Shown: positions 47,201-57,457, numbered from the stretch's first letter. The stretch: DNA of 64,000 bases from Lachnospiraceae bacterium (GCA_051879015.1 JBJELF010000040.1:2823-66822); one strand, 5' to 3'. The notes: generated by a model not told the origin, from the sequence alone. Program-made: numbers and translations.

Positions 47201-48922
47201 ATGAGAAAAATCAAAAGAGTTGCGGCATTGACTATGGCGAGCAGCATGATTCTTGGATTAGCAGCTTGTTCGCTCAATGGTGATAATGGCAAGAGTACTA
47301 GCGCAGAACAAAACGATGGTCAGGATGACACTCAAGCGCAGGGCAGTGACAGCACCGATAATCAGGATGATGACACAGTTGGTATTAATAGCTGGAAAGC
47401 ATTTGCGGAGAATGTTACTTTGACCATCCCTGTATATGACAGAGGAGTAAAGGATGTACCTGCTGTCGATAATAATTATTGGACAAATTGGATTCAAGAG
47501 AACTTTGGCGATAAGTATAATATTACGGTTAAGTTTGAATCAATTCCTATTCAGGATGTTATGACAAAGTATACACAGCTGGCAAACTCTAATTGTTTGC
47601 CAACTATCTTGATGGACTATGATTATTCAAATCTTTGTCAGTGGGCTGCAGAGGGATATTTAGCTGCTTATGATATCAAAGAATTTCAGACCATTGCTCC
47701 CGTCTACTATGAACAGATGGCTGATAATGACCTCATTAAATACACGGATATAAATGAGGATACCTATTTTGCATTGGCAAACAGACCATATGCTCAGGAA
47801 AATTATACATATTTGACATTTGTACGTATGGACTGGCTGAAGAAAGTTGGATATGACCATATTCCAAATGGTCGTAAAGAGTATCTTGATGCAATGAAGA
47901 AGATTATGGACAAAGGAATTTGTGAGCATCCAGGTGGAGGTCAGCAGCTTTCCGACAGTGGTCTGGATCAGAATTATGCCTACCGCTCATTGGATATCAG
48001 TGAGAAAGAATGGGCAGTTTATGGTGATTATGTTGTATCTCCGCTTAGCTGGGATGTACAGTACAATTTGCTGAAGATGGCAAATGAAGATTATAATGCA
48101 GGTATCACGGATCCAGAATATTTTCTTATTGATGCTGAGACTGCAAAGGAAAACTTTATCAATGGAAAGTCCTACTCTTATAGTGGATATCTTTCCACAG
48201 ATATGGATTTTCTGACCGCTTTTTATGAGCAGAATCCAGATGCTGAGTTGGCGTTGAACTATGTGCCTTATGAGGACTCTTTCGATGATAAGAAATATGG
48301 TATGACTCGTGCATATCGTTCCGAAAACCCATTTGGCATGATCATTGCCTTTTCTTCCCAGGCTTCTGAAGAGGAGATTAGGGCAGCGATGATGTATATG
48401 GAATGGATGAGTCAGGAAGATGTATTATTTACGATGCAGTGGGGAATTGAAGGGGAGAACTTTCATTACAATGAGGAAGGTATTCCAGTCAGTGTAGATG
48501 ATTACAGTGGCAATTATACACAGGGCTACGACAACAGCAAAGACTATTGGTGTGTGACCATTGAGTCTAGAAATTTTGGTACGATTGAGCAGATTATTGA
48601 GCAGAACTCTCCTAAAGGACTTCCTCAGGATTTCACGGAGGATATCATTGATTATTATTACACTAGAAAGGCATTGGCAGAAGATGGCTATGCAATCGCA
48701 GATTGCTTGTTTCATGTAAAAATTACATCAGTTGAAGAGTACAGCGATACCTTGGCAGAGTTGTATGCCGAGTATCGTAATGACTTGAATATGTGTGACC
48801 CAGATCAATTTGATACTCTATATAAAGAATTTAGCCAGAAATACTTAGATGCCGGTTTTCAGGAAATTATTGATGAAAGATTGGAAGCTTATAAGAATGG
48901 AAATACTTCCAGCATGAAATAA
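47201..48922 (+). CDS. Extracellular solute-binding lipoprotein (ABC-type, large LplA/LipO-like)
   Basis: Lipobox ILGLAAC, an S/D/Q-rich linker and a 573-aa family-1 SBP-like body. No permease or ATPase genes are adjacent. Confidence 0.7.
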   Translation: MRKIKRVAALTMASSMILGLAACSLNGDNGKSTSAEQNDGQDDTQAQGSDSTDNQDDDTVGINSWKAFAENVTLTIPVYDRGVKDVPAVDNNYWTNWIQENFGDKYNITVKFESIPIQDVMTKYTQLANSNCLPTILMDYDYSNLCQWAAEGYLAAYDIKEFQTIAPVYYEQMADNDLIKYTDINEDTYFALANRPYAQENYTYLTFVRMDWLKKVGYDHIPNGRKEYLDAMKKIMDKGICEHPGGGQQLSDSGLDQNYAYRSLDISEKEWAVYGDYVVSPLSWDVQYNLLKMANEDYNAGITDPEYFLIDAETAKENFINGKSYSYSGYLSTDMDFLTAFYEQNPDAELALNYVPYEDSFDDKKYGMTRAYRSENPFGMIIAFSSQASEEEIRAAMMYMEWMSQEDVLFTMQWGIEGENFHYNEEGIPVSVDDYSGNYTQGYDNSKDYWCVTIESRNFGTIEQIIEQNSPKGLPQDFTEDIIDYYYTRKALAEDGYAIADCLFHVKITSVEEYSDTLAELYAEYRNDLNMCDPDQFDTLYKEFSQKYLDAGFQEIIDERLEAYKNGNTSSMK

Positions 48923-48927
48923 TAGAA

Positions 48928-48984
48928 GGGATACCAAAGTCAAAGGGTCATACATTTCATACCTGCATGAAATGTATGACTTTC
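48928..48984 (+). repeat. Dispersed structured repeat, family A
   Basis: gggataccaaagtcaaagggtcatacatttcatacctgcatgaaatgtatgactttc, immediately after the SBP stop. Confidence 0.7.
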
Positions 48985-49029
48985 TATAAATTTTTCTAAG
49001 TTTACGGAGAGGGAAGGAAGTACAAAAAG

Positions 49030-49470
49030 ATGAGTTGGATAAGTAATTGTATAAAAGAGCTGCGCAGACAGAAACTATTTCAAAATCGTGATCATGAAGA
49101 ATTGTTTCGAGATACCGTAGAATGTTACAAGATGCGTCCTTTTTTTAGTGCGGGATTATGCAAATGTATCTATTTGGCAAGCTGGGATATGGAACATTTT
49201 GCGATTTTCTTAGAGCCAATCAATCAAATGGTACTGCGTGGTGACACAAATCTGGATTACATGAAAGAATTGGGAGTGGTGTTGGCTGAGGAAAATGAGG
49301 GGCAGTCTCAGCGCGAGATGTATATCTATCAATTGTCCGAGGCATTTTTGGAGGAAATAGATTTTGTACTTCCCAAAGAAGTGGAAGAATCAGGGGAAGA
49401 TTGGATTTTAATTTATCACAATGCAAAGAGGGCGGCACAAATCATTGATCGTTATTACAGAAATAAGTAG
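49030..49470 (+). CDS. Hypothetical protein
   Basis: 146-aa ORF with an RBS (GGAAGGAAG). I recognise no motif. Confidence 0.5.
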   Translation: MSWISNCIKELRRQKLFQNRDHEELFRDTVECYKMRPFFSAGLCKCIYLASWDMEHFAIFLEPINQMVLRGDTNLDYMKELGVVLAEENEGQSQREMYIYQLSEAFLEEIDFVLPKEVEESGEDWILIYHNAKRAAQIIDRYYRNK

Positions 49471-49486
49471 TCCTAGAGAAATCATA

Positions 49487-49567
49487 GGATGTTGGGGCCA
49501 AAAAATATTTTGACCCCTTGATACCTACAGATTGCCGCGTAAAGCTCCATTCGACGCAGTCGATTGG
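49487..49567 (-). repeat. Dispersed structured repeat, family B, reverse orientation
   Basis: ggatgttggggccaaaaaatattttgaccccttgatacctacagattgcc... Its reverse complement aligns with 10528-10603 and 44375-44443. Confidence 0.7.
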
Positions 49568-49573
49568 AGTGGT

Positions 49574-50662
49574 TCACGGAAGATAAACACTATGATTATG
49601 CTGCTTTAAAATATCCATCGCTTTTATGCGGGATGCCTCATCATAAAATTCAATTTTAAGAACTCCAGGGTCGGAAAGGCGATTGTTGCTGATGCCGATA
49701 TTTTTGATGCTGACTTCATGGTACGCCAGAAAAGAGGAAATGGCGGCAATAGCACCAGGGCGATCCTCGATATCCAAGAAGATGGAATATTGTGGCGGAA
49801 GTGCTCCTTTTGAGCGTTCTGGAATGGAGCTGCGGTATGCGCCGGATTCCTCAAATAATTGATGGATGGCGGCACCATTGCCGCTGCGAATATCGGTTAA
49901 GGTATGCTGCAAAGATGCAATGTAATCTTCCAACAAGTCTCCTAGATTGTCGCGGTTGGTCATGCAAATCTGTTCCCACATGATAGGGGAGGACGAGGCA
50001 ATACGAGTGATATCCTTGAAGCCACCGGCAGCAATTCGTCTCATCACTTGATCTTCTGAGTCGGAATCTTTTACCAGATTAACCAGAGAGGCAGCAACGA
50101 TATGGGGCAGATGGCTGATGCCGGCTACACTATAGTCATGCTTATGATAGTCTAAGATTAAAGGAATTGCTTTCAAATCTCTGACCATCATAAGCATCAA
50201 GTCCAGTTGAGCTTGGGTTGACTGAGTTGTTGGAGTCAGTACATAATAGGCATTTTCTAAAAGATGGTCGGTAGAGTTTTGATATCCAGTGCGCTCTGAG
50301 CCAGTCATGGGATGACCGCCAATAAAATATTTTTCCATGTCTAGTCGGATGATTTCCTCGTGGATATTGGTTTTAGTGCTTCCAACATCGGTCAGCAGAG
50401 TGCCCTCCTTTACAATCGGTTTGAGTAAATTTAAATAGTAGGCATTGTAGGAAACGGGAGTGCAGAGAAAGATAATGTCACAGTCAGCCAGTTTTTCGTC
50501 CACACGGTCTAAAATAATATCGATATTGCCGTCGGCAGCTGCCTGTTCCAGGGTGGAGCGAGTGCGGGCGTAGGCCATAATTTGATAGTCTGGGTGTATT
50601 TTTTTAATACGTCTTGCTATAGAACCGCCAATCAGTCCAAAGCCAATAAATCCAAGTGTCAT
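49574..50662 (-). CDS. tyrA: Prephenate dehydrogenase with a C-terminal ACT domain
   Basis: MTLGFIGFGLIGGSIARR Rossmann N-terminus, GGHPMTGSE, and an ACT-like tail. Start re-picked at 50662, after AGGAG. Confidence 0.88.
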   Translation of the reverse strand: MTLGFIGFGLIGGSIARRIKKIHPDYQIMAYARTRSTLEQAAADGNIDIILDRVDEKLADCDIIFLCTPVSYNAYYLNLLKPIVKEGTLLTDVGSTKTNIHEEIIRLDMEKYFIGGHPMTGSERTGYQNSTDHLLENAYYVLTPTTQSTQAQLDLMLMMVRDLKAIPLILDYHKHDYSVAGISHLPHIVAASLVNLVKDSDSEDQVMRRIAAGGFKDITRIASSSPIMWEQICMTNRDNLGDLLEDYIASLQHTLTDIRSGNGAAIHQLFEESGAYRSSIPERSKGALPPQYSIFLDIEDRPGAIAAISSFLAYHEVSIKNIGISNNRLSDPGVLKIEFYDEASRIKAMDILKQHNHSVYLP

Positions 50663-50855
50663 AAAATTGTATCTCCTAATGTGATATTTGTGATGTCGCC
50701 GTTTTAGTAAAGCGGCGACATTTGAAATTCTATGCAATTGTAAGGCATAAGGCAATAAAAGTCAAGTTTAAGTGTTTAAAAATTTAACACATAAAATCAT
50801 TGAACTGTATGAGCAAGTAGAGAGATAGTTCAAATGGTTCATGTTTTGTTGCTTC

Positions 50856-50914
50856 CAAAGTCCTGCTTTTTCATGTAAACATGAAAAGCAGGACCTTTTG
50901 ACTTGGTATCATAT
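50856..50914 (-). repeat. Dispersed structured repeat, family A, overlapping the stop codon and placed as the terminator of the upstream minus-strand gene
   Basis: gtcctgctttttcatg-taaa-catgaaaagcaggac (50860-50894) followed by cttttgacttggtatcatat. Confidence 0.7.
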
Positions 50915-51853
50915 TCGTTTAGAATGCGATGTCTTTGCTTGATGTTGTAGAGTGATGCAGACTATTTCTGGTAAATTGTTGAGACGAATATTAATCGAGT
51001 GAGTGCCTAGTCCTGCGCTGATGATGCTGTCTTTCCCATGAATCTTTAAGTGTCCACGGTCTCTTTTGCAGAAAAATTGAAATTGTGGTGTCATAAGTCC
51101 ACCAAGAAAGGGCAATCGTATGGTGCCGCCATGAAAATGTCCAGACAAAGATAAATCCGCTCCCCAGTCAATATATTGCTCTAGGTAAAGTGGGGAGTGG
51201 GCCAGCAAAATACAAAAGCCGTTTTTGGGAGCCGGACCAAGTTTGCTTTGAACATAGTCAGAAGCCATTGGATATTTGAGGAATTTATGAGAATAATAAG
51301 GTTCATCAATATCTAAGCCTGCGAGATAAAGGTAGCAGTCCTTGACCTTAATTTGGCATAGTTCATTCTCAAGATACACAATGTTAGGATCAAGCTCTGC
51401 ACGAAAGCGAGTGTACCAATCAGGAAATAGTTCAGGGGCATTTTTCATACGTTGTTCATGATTGCCGTTGGAGTAGATAACAGGGTATGATTGAGCCAGT
51501 GTGTTGATGACATGGAGAGGAATGTGAAAATCACATTTGTGATAAGATTTTGTAATCATACTGTCACCGCCGCACAGCACTAAATCAGGATGAAATTGGT
51601 CGATGGCTTCCAATAATGATGCATTATCATTGCCAAACACCTGATTATGCAAATCTGACAGAAACACCAAGCGATATCCATCAAGACCTACTGGTATTTC
51701 AGGTGATGTAATGCTATAATGAGTAGTTGTAAAATGTTTGCGCTCCCACTGAGAGCGTATTAGGCAGAGGATAGCGGCAAGGCTCATTGATGTTCCAAAA
51801 ATGGCAAGCTGTTTTGTGTGTTTCATAAATTTTAGTCTGGTGCGAACACCCAT
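50909..51853 (-). CDS. Metallophosphoesterase (calcineurin-like, YkuE-like)
   Basis: LVFLSDLHN, CGGDSM, GNHE, LAHSP and SGHFHGG metallophosphatase motifs, with an N-terminal TM segment. The start is uncertain; an alternative ATG lies at 51826. Confidence 0.85.
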   Translation of the reverse strand: MGVRTRLKFMKHTKQLAIFGTSMSLAAILCLIRSQWERKHFTTTHYSITSPEIPVGLDGYRLVFLSDLHNQVFGNDNASLLEAIDQFHPDLVLCGGDSMITKSYHKCDFHIPLHVINTLAQSYPVIYSNGNHEQRMKNAPELFPDWYTRFRAELDPNIVYLENELCQIKVKDCYLYLAGLDIDEPYYSHKFLKYPMASDYVQSKLGPAPKNGFCILLAHSPLYLEQYIDWGADLSLSGHFHGGTIRLPFLGGLMTPQFQFFCKRDRGHLKIHGKDSIISAGLGTHSINIRLNNLPEIVCITLQHQAKTSHSKRI

Positions 51854-52116
51854 TGCCTTTTGGCGGTGGGAGGAGCACCATTTTCCTTTCTAACAGAATT
51901 TACTTTTCTGTTGTTTTGTGATAAAATAAATTGGCAATATCTGAGATAGGGAAAATTGTTGCGTGAAAAATACCCCTGTCGGTATCTTGAAAAGTATATA
52001 TGAGGTTGTCGTACAAGAAGTCCTCGCAGATATAGTGTAAAATTGTGAAAGAAAATTGTCAAGCCTTGTTGTATAGAAAAACTGGGGAGGAAAAAAGCAA
52101 AAGGAGATGTTGTATT

Positions 52117-52908
52117 ATGCAGATTGAAATAAAATTAAATTCATTTGAAGGTCCATTAGATTTACTGCTGCATTTAATTGATAAAAACAAGGTCAATATT
52201 TACGACATTCCAATTGCGGAAATTACGAAACAGTATATGGAATACATTGATAGTTTGGAAGTTGATGATCTGGATTTGATGAGTGACTTTTTGGTGATGG
52301 GTGCAACTTTGATTCAGATAAAAGTTGAAATGTTGCTGCCTCCAGAGGTGGATGAAATGGGAGAAGAAATTGACCCGCGCGAAGACTTGGCGGAACGTCT
52401 GGTAGAATATCGTATGTTTAAGATAGCAGCTGCTGAGCTGAAAGAGAGAGAAAATGATGAATTTTTTTTGCATCGAAGAGAAGTACCGAAAGAGGTGGAG
52501 ACCTATCAGCCGCCAGTAGAGCTCTTTAGTTTGTTAGAAGATGTGAGTGCGGAGCAGTTAAAAAAATTATATCAGGATTTGGTTGCCCGCAGTGAGGAGC
52601 GAGTAGATACTGTGCGAAGCAAATTTGGCACCATTACCAAAGAAAAATTGCGTGTTTCCGATAAAATTACAGCAATTATGGAGTATAGCAGGACAAGACC
52701 AGTTTTTGCTTTTCGCAATGTATTAAATGAAAGCAGCAGTCGTGTAGATGTGGTGGTGACTTTGTTGGCTTGCCTGGAATTGATTAAGATGGGATACATC
52801 TTTGTGAGCCAGGAAGAAGCCTTTGGAGAAATCTATATGGAATGGAATGTGAACCAGACAGCAGCGTTGGATAAGGAGGCTTTGGCAGAATATGACAAGG
52901 GATTATAA
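52117..52908 (+). CDS. scpA: Segregation and condensation protein A
   Basis: FEGPLDLLLHLI, IPIAEITKQY and LACLELIK. Start re-picked at the ATG at 52117, after AAGGAG. Confidence 0.9.
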   Translation: MQIEIKLNSFEGPLDLLLHLIDKNKVNIYDIPIAEITKQYMEYIDSLEVDDLDLMSDFLVMGATLIQIKVEMLLPPEVDEMGEEIDPREDLAERLVEYRMFKIAAAELKERENDEFFLHRREVPKEVETYQPPVELFSLLEDVSAEQLKKLYQDLVARSEERVDTVRSKFGTITKEKLRVSDKITAIMEYSRTRPVFAFRNVLNESSSRVDVVVTLLACLELIKMGYIFVSQEEAFGEIYMEWNVNQTAALDKEALAEYDKGL

Positions 52909-53506
52909 GAAAGGTCAAATAGAAGCAATTTTGTTTACTATGGGAGAGTCAGTAACACTTTCTACGCTGGCAGAGGTTCTGGAGCTGCCCAAAAAAGAGG
53001 TGCAAAGTCTTCTTCATGAGATGATGGCAGCCTATGAAATGGAGCAGAGAGGAATTCGTATTTTGGAGCTAGAGGACAGTTATCAAATGTGCAGTGCCAG
53101 GGAATATTATGATATACTGACCAAGGTAGCGGCAAAGCCAAAAAAAAATAATTTGAGTGATGCCATGTTGGAGGTCTTGGCCATTGTGGCCTATCAGCAG
53201 CCAGTGACGAAAAGTACCATTGAAAAAATTCGGGGAGTACGCTCTGACCATCCAGTCAATAAATTGCTGGAATATGAGTTGATTGAGGAACGAGGAAGGT
53301 TGGAAGCACCGGGACGTCCTATTTTATTTGGTACGACGGAGGGATTTTTGCGCCAATTTGGTTTCTCTTCGGTGAAAGAGCTTCCTCAGTTGGAGCATGA
53401 AGAAATGATAGAGGATAAAAAATTAGATGCTTCAGCAGAGGATGCAGGAGAAAAATTAGAACAGATCGAAAAAAATGAAATCTTTGATCCAATTTTAGGA
53501 TACTAA
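52892..53506 (+). CDS. scpB: Segregation and condensation protein B
   Basis: IEAILFTMGE, LEVLAIVAYQQPVTKSTIEKIRGV and PGRPILFGTT. It overlaps scpA by 17 nt. Confidence 0.9.
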   Translation: MTRDYKKGQIEAILFTMGESVTLSTLAEVLELPKKEVQSLLHEMMAAYEMEQRGIRILELEDSYQMCSAREYYDILTKVAAKPKKNNLSDAMLEVLAIVAYQQPVTKSTIEKIRGVRSDHPVNKLLEYELIEERGRLEAPGRPILFGTTEGFLRQFGFSSVKELPQLEHEEMIEDKKLDASAEDAGEKLEQIEKNEIFDPILGY

Positions 53507-53600
53507 GGTTAAAAGGTTATACATTTCATGCTTGCATGAAAAGGTATGATTTTGAGACTTATCAAAACATGAGAAAGTAGTCTAAATGGGGCTGATTTCA
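53498..53600 (+). repeat. Dispersed structured repeat, family A plus a partial H2 module
   Basis: ggatactaaggttaaaaggttatacatttcatgcttgcatgaaaaggtatgattttgagacttatcaaaacatgagaaagtagtctaaatggggctgatttc. It aligns with 44261-44365. Confidence 0.7.
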
Positions 53601-53633
53601 AAATTTTATAAATGAAATAGTTTGGAGGAATTT

Positions 53634-54026
53634 ATGTTTACAAGGAAAAAAATACAGGTAGTGATGTTAAGTTGTGTAACAATGGTAACATTGGTTGTTG
53701 GAATGATAAAGAGTGCGCAATTAATGGAGGAAGAAAAGGAATATCAACTTCGTCAGGCTTCCATTGAAGTGGGAAAACAACAGCTGCAGAAGCAGGAGGA
53801 AGAACAGGCTTTAAAAGAAAGTGAAGTTAGCAGCTTAAAGAAGCAAAATCAGCAGCAGGAAAGCTCTTGGAAGGAAGTTCAAAAATTAAATGAGGAGCAA
53901 GTACAAAATTTGAGTCAATTAGAGTTAGAAAAAGAGAGTCTGCAAGCGGAAGTTAATGCTGAGGAGGATAGAAAAGAAAATCTTCAGCAGCAGAAGGATG
54001 AGATTCAGCAGCAGTTACTGCCATAA
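53634..54026 (+). CDS. Hypothetical membrane-anchored coiled-coil protein
   Basis: N-terminal TM segment followed by a Q/E/K-rich coiled coil. The ATG at 53634 follows GGAGG. Confidence 0.55.
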   Translation: MFTRKKIQVVMLSCVTMVTLVVGMIKSAQLMEEEKEYQLRQASIEVGKQQLQKQEEEQALKESEVSSLKKQNQQQESSWKEVQKLNEEQVQNLSQLELEKESLQAEVNAEEDRKENLQQQKDEIQQQLLP

Positions 54027-54052
54027 CTTTTAAGTAAAAAGGGGATAAAAAA

Positions 54053-55189
54053 ATGAAAAAAAAATACATGTGGAAGAAATATGTATGGATTAGCCTGATT
54101 TTTTTGTGTGCTTGGGTTATTATGTTTTGGGGATTTCGCAGAGTTGAAAAGCGTTATGAGGAAAAGAAAGTAATGCAGGAAGAAGAATTGCAAAATCAAT
54201 CCTTTCAGGAAGAAGAAAACGAAAAGAAAATCAATGCATTAGAGGAATCCATTGGGGAATTGGCAGAGCAGAGTGAGCAGTTGGCACAAAGGTTATCTTC
54301 TGAGCAGGAGGAGCAGGTTTCTTTGTGTCAGGCTGTCTTGGAATGCGAAAATCAAAAAATACAGCTGATACAGGAGTTGACAGATTTACAGTCAGAAAAT
54401 CAGAGGGCTTTGAGTGAGATTGAGGTTTTAGCTTCGAGTCTTCGCTCTCAGCAGGAGAGTATTGCTGAGTCAATCCGTCAGGAAAGTATAGCGGAGTCAA
54501 TTCGCCAGGAAAGTGCAGCAGAATCTATCCGTCAGGAGCAGCTGTCGAGTAGCCAACCCCAGGTGACTGGAAAAAACGTCTATCTTACATTTGATGATGG
54601 ACCATCGTACTTGACGCAGGCAGTATTAGATACGTTGGACCAGTATGGTGTGAAAGCCACTTTTTTTGTGGTATATAATCCGCAGAATGAAAATTTATAT
54701 AAAGAGATCGTTAATCGAGGTCATGCGATCGGTATTCATTCGACAACTCACTCTTATAGTCAGATTTATGCTTCCTACGAGGCATGGCTGAATGATTTTA
54801 CACAAATCTACAACTATGTCTGGCAGGTGACGGGCGTAAGAGCTCAGCTATATCGTTTTCCAGGAGGAAGCAATGGAAGTCATTGTCCAAGTAATGTAAA
54901 GGAGCAGGCTATCGCATATTTGCACAGCATTGGAGTCGAATATTTCGACTGGAATGTGGTATGTGGGGATGGAGATGTAGTGACAGCAGAGGAATCCTAT
55001 AATAATGTGGTCAGCACAATTAATCAGCGCACAATTCCTGTGGTATTGATGCATGATGGGGCAAAGAAGGAAACGACATTAGAATCATTGCCGCGAATTT
55101 TACAGCAGTTAAAGGATTGGGGATACTGTTTTGCTCCTCTCAGTATAGACGTGCCGCCCATTCATCAGGGAGAAAGTTGGGATTATTAG
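54053..55189 (+). CDS. Polysaccharide deacetylase family protein with an N-terminal TM segment and coiled coil
   Basis: NodB domain motifs VYLTFDDGPS, HSTTH and LMHD, preceded by about 160 aa of Q/E-rich coiled coil. Confidence 0.85.
   Translation: MKKKYMWKKYVWISLIFLCAWVIMFWGFRRVEKRYEEKKVMQEEELQNQSFQEEENEKKINALEESIGELAEQSEQLAQRLSSEQEEQVSLCQAVLECENQKIQLIQELTDLQSENQRALSEIEVLASSLRSQQESIAESIRQESIAESIRQESAAESIRQEQLSSSQPQVTGKNVYLTFDDGPSYLTQAVLDTLDQYGVKATFFVVYNPQNENLYKEIVNRGHAIGIHSTTHSYSQIYASYEAWLNDFTQIYNYVWQVTGVRAQLYRFPGGSNGSHCPSNVKEQAIAYLHSIGVEYFDWNVVCGDGDVVTAEESYNNVVSTINQRTIPVVLMHDGAKKETTLESLPRILQQLKDWGYCFAPLSIDVPPIHQGESWDY
54452..54538 (+). repeat. In-frame 27-nt tandem repeat encoding (QESIAESIR)x3
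   Basis: caggagagtattgctgagtcaatccgt / caggaaagtatagcggagtcaattcgc / caggaaagtgcagcagaatctatccgt. Confidence 0.85.
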
Positions 55190-55239
55190 GTATACTAAAA
55201 ATGTGTTTTTCATAAGATGGGTTAATAAGCGAAGTAATT

Positions 55240-56418
55240 ATGACAGGATGGCTCATGAAAGCGCAGAAAAAACATCATAAATACATAATTTTGGTATATT
55301 GTATTTTGTTGACTCAGATATTCTTTTTTTCACCCCTGCATTCACAGGCTTTGGAGGATACCGAACTCTACGCCAAATCAGCTCTTTTGATGGATGCGGA
55401 TTCAGGCAGAGTGCTTTACTCAAAAAATGGCGATGAAATCATGCCTATGGCGAGTACCACTAAAATCATGACAGCAATCTTGGCTATTGAGTCGGGGCGT
55501 TTGGATGAGATATTTGAGGTTTCTTCTTATGCAGCTAGTATGCCAAAAGTGAAGTTGGGACTACAGGCTGATGAACAGTATTATTTGAAGGATTTATTGT
55601 ATTCACTGATGTTGGAGAGTCATAATGACACAGCAGTGGTCATTGCGGAAGGTTTGGCTGGTTCAGTGGAAAATTTTGCTGAGTGGATGAATGAAAAGGC
55701 TAGAGAGCTTGGCTGTGAGCAGACTAATTTTGTGACACCTAATGGCTTGGATGCCGATGGGCATCATACGACAGCACAAGAATTAGCTCTCATTGCACGA
55801 TATGCTTTACAAGATGATACCTTTTGTTCTATAATCAATACAAGATCCTATTCTTTTTCCAGCATAGATGGAAAGAGAAATTTTTCTGTGACAAATAAAG
55901 ATGCTTTTTTGGATTTGTATGAGGGAGCGTTTGGGGTTAAAACTGGATTTACAGGAAAGGCAGGATATTGTTTTGTCGGTGCAGTAAAACGGGGAGAGAA
56001 AATTTTTATTGCGGTAGTATTAGCTTGTGGCTGGCCTCCAAATAAAAGTTGGAAGTGGCATGATATGCGTTTGATGATGGATTATGGCATGGAAAATTAT
56101 GAAAAAAAGATGGTTTTTGAGGGAAAAGAAAATTTTGATACGATAGAAGTGGAAAATGGTAAGATTGGCAAAATTTTGCTTCGGTGTGAGGGGGAACTGG
56201 AGCTGCTGTTGAGGGAAGATGAGGTAGTTTCTGTGCATTATAGTTATCCGAAGCGAGTGGAGGCTCCTGTTGCGGAGGGAGATATTGTGGGATATGCAGA
56301 TGTCTATATTGATGGAGAAAGTTATGCCAGTTTTCCAATTTATGCAGCTTCGTCAGATGAGTGCATTGATTTTCAATGGTGTTTGGAGTATGTATTAGAA
56401 ATTTTTTTTGGCAGTTAA
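55240..56418 (+). CDS. D-alanyl-D-alanine carboxypeptidase (serine-type), second paralog
   Basis: ASTTKIMTA (SxxK), ESHND (SxN) and KTGFT (KTG). The start may instead be the ATG at 55255. Confidence 0.88.
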   Translation: MTGWLMKAQKKHHKYIILVYCILLTQIFFFSPLHSQALEDTELYAKSALLMDADSGRVLYSKNGDEIMPMASTTKIMTAILAIESGRLDEIFEVSSYAASMPKVKLGLQADEQYYLKDLLYSLMLESHNDTAVVIAEGLAGSVENFAEWMNEKARELGCEQTNFVTPNGLDADGHHTTAQELALIARYALQDDTFCSIINTRSYSFSSIDGKRNFSVTNKDAFLDLYEGAFGVKTGFTGKAGYCFVGAVKRGEKIFIAVVLACGWPPNKSWKWHDMRLMMDYGMENYEKKMVFEGKENFDTIEVENGKIGKILLRCEGELELLLREDEVVSVHYSYPKRVEAPVAEGDIVGYADVYIDGESYASFPIYAASSDECIDFQWCLEYVLEIFFGS

Positions 56419-56437
56419 GCTATGATAGGAGGGACAT

Positions 56438-57451
56438 ATGAAGTTTGCAGATATGCATTGTGATACGATATCGCGGCTTTTTTCAGAGAGAGAGAAAACA
56501 AGTCTGGGATATTCGACAGAAAGTTTACAGTCTAATAGAATAAAAAATACTCTTCGTTCCAATCAATTTCATCTTGATTTAGAGCGAATGAAGGAAGCAA
56601 ATTATGCATTGCAAACTTTTGCAATGTTTGTATATTTAAATAGGACAGCAGATCCATTTACTTACTGTAATCAAATGATTGATTTTTATTTTTCAGAGCT
56701 ACATAAAAATAGTGATTTGATACGTCCTGTCTTGTCGTATGAGGATATACTAAAAAATGAAGAGATGGGGAAAATGTCTGCGCTGCTTTCTATTGAGGAG
56801 GGAGAAGCCTGTCTTGGAGAGATTGAAAATTTAAAGCATTTTTATCAGCGTGGTGTGCGTATGATGACTTTGACCTGGAATTTTGAAAATTCATTGGCTT
56901 ATCCGAATATTATTCGAGATGTTTTAAATCGTCCAAATAAGACTCATGGACTGAAAGCAAAAGGTTTTGAATTTCTGGAGGCAATGGAAGCGATGAAAAT
57001 TATTCTGGATGTGTCTCATTTGGGGGATGCGGGAATTTTGGATGTGTTGGAAAATACGAAAAAGCCCTTTATCGCTTCCCATTCCAATGCACGGGCGGTT
57101 ACTAATCATGTGCGAAATTTGACGGATGATATGATTTCGCAGATGGGAGATCGTGGATGTATTGCCGGATTAAATTTTGGAGCTGATTTTACGACAGATA
57201 CACCAGAAATGCCCTATGGCTCATTGGATATGTTAGTGGAACATGTGCGCTATATGACTGATTTGGGCGGTATGGATTTTGTGGCTCTTGGCACGGACTT
57301 TGATGGGATTTCCAACAAAGATATTGAGCTGAAAAATTGTAGTATGATGCCGCGCCTGTTTGATGCCCTGCAGAAGGCTGGCTTCCATGAATCGGAGATT
57401 GATAAAATTTGTTACAAAAATTTTTTCCGCATTTTAAAAGAATTATTGTGA
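56438..57451 (+). CDS. Dipeptidase (peptidase M19 family)
   Basis: DMHCDT, LTWNFENS, DVSHL, ASHSNARAVTNHVRNLTDD and GTDFDG. Confidence 0.88.
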   Translation: MKFADMHCDTISRLFSEREKTSLGYSTESLQSNRIKNTLRSNQFHLDLERMKEANYALQTFAMFVYLNRTADPFTYCNQMIDFYFSELHKNSDLIRPVLSYEDILKNEEMGKMSALLSIEEGEACLGEIENLKHFYQRGVRMMTLTWNFENSLAYPNIIRDVLNRPNKTHGLKAKGFEFLEAMEAMKIILDVSHLGDAGILDVLENTKKPFIASHSNARAVTNHVRNLTDDMISQMGDRGCIAGLNFGADFTTDTPEMPYGSLDMLVEHVRYMTDLGGMDFVALGTDFDGISNKDIELKNCSMMPRLFDALQKAGFHESEIDKICYKNFFRILKELL

Positions 57452-57457
57452 AAATTG

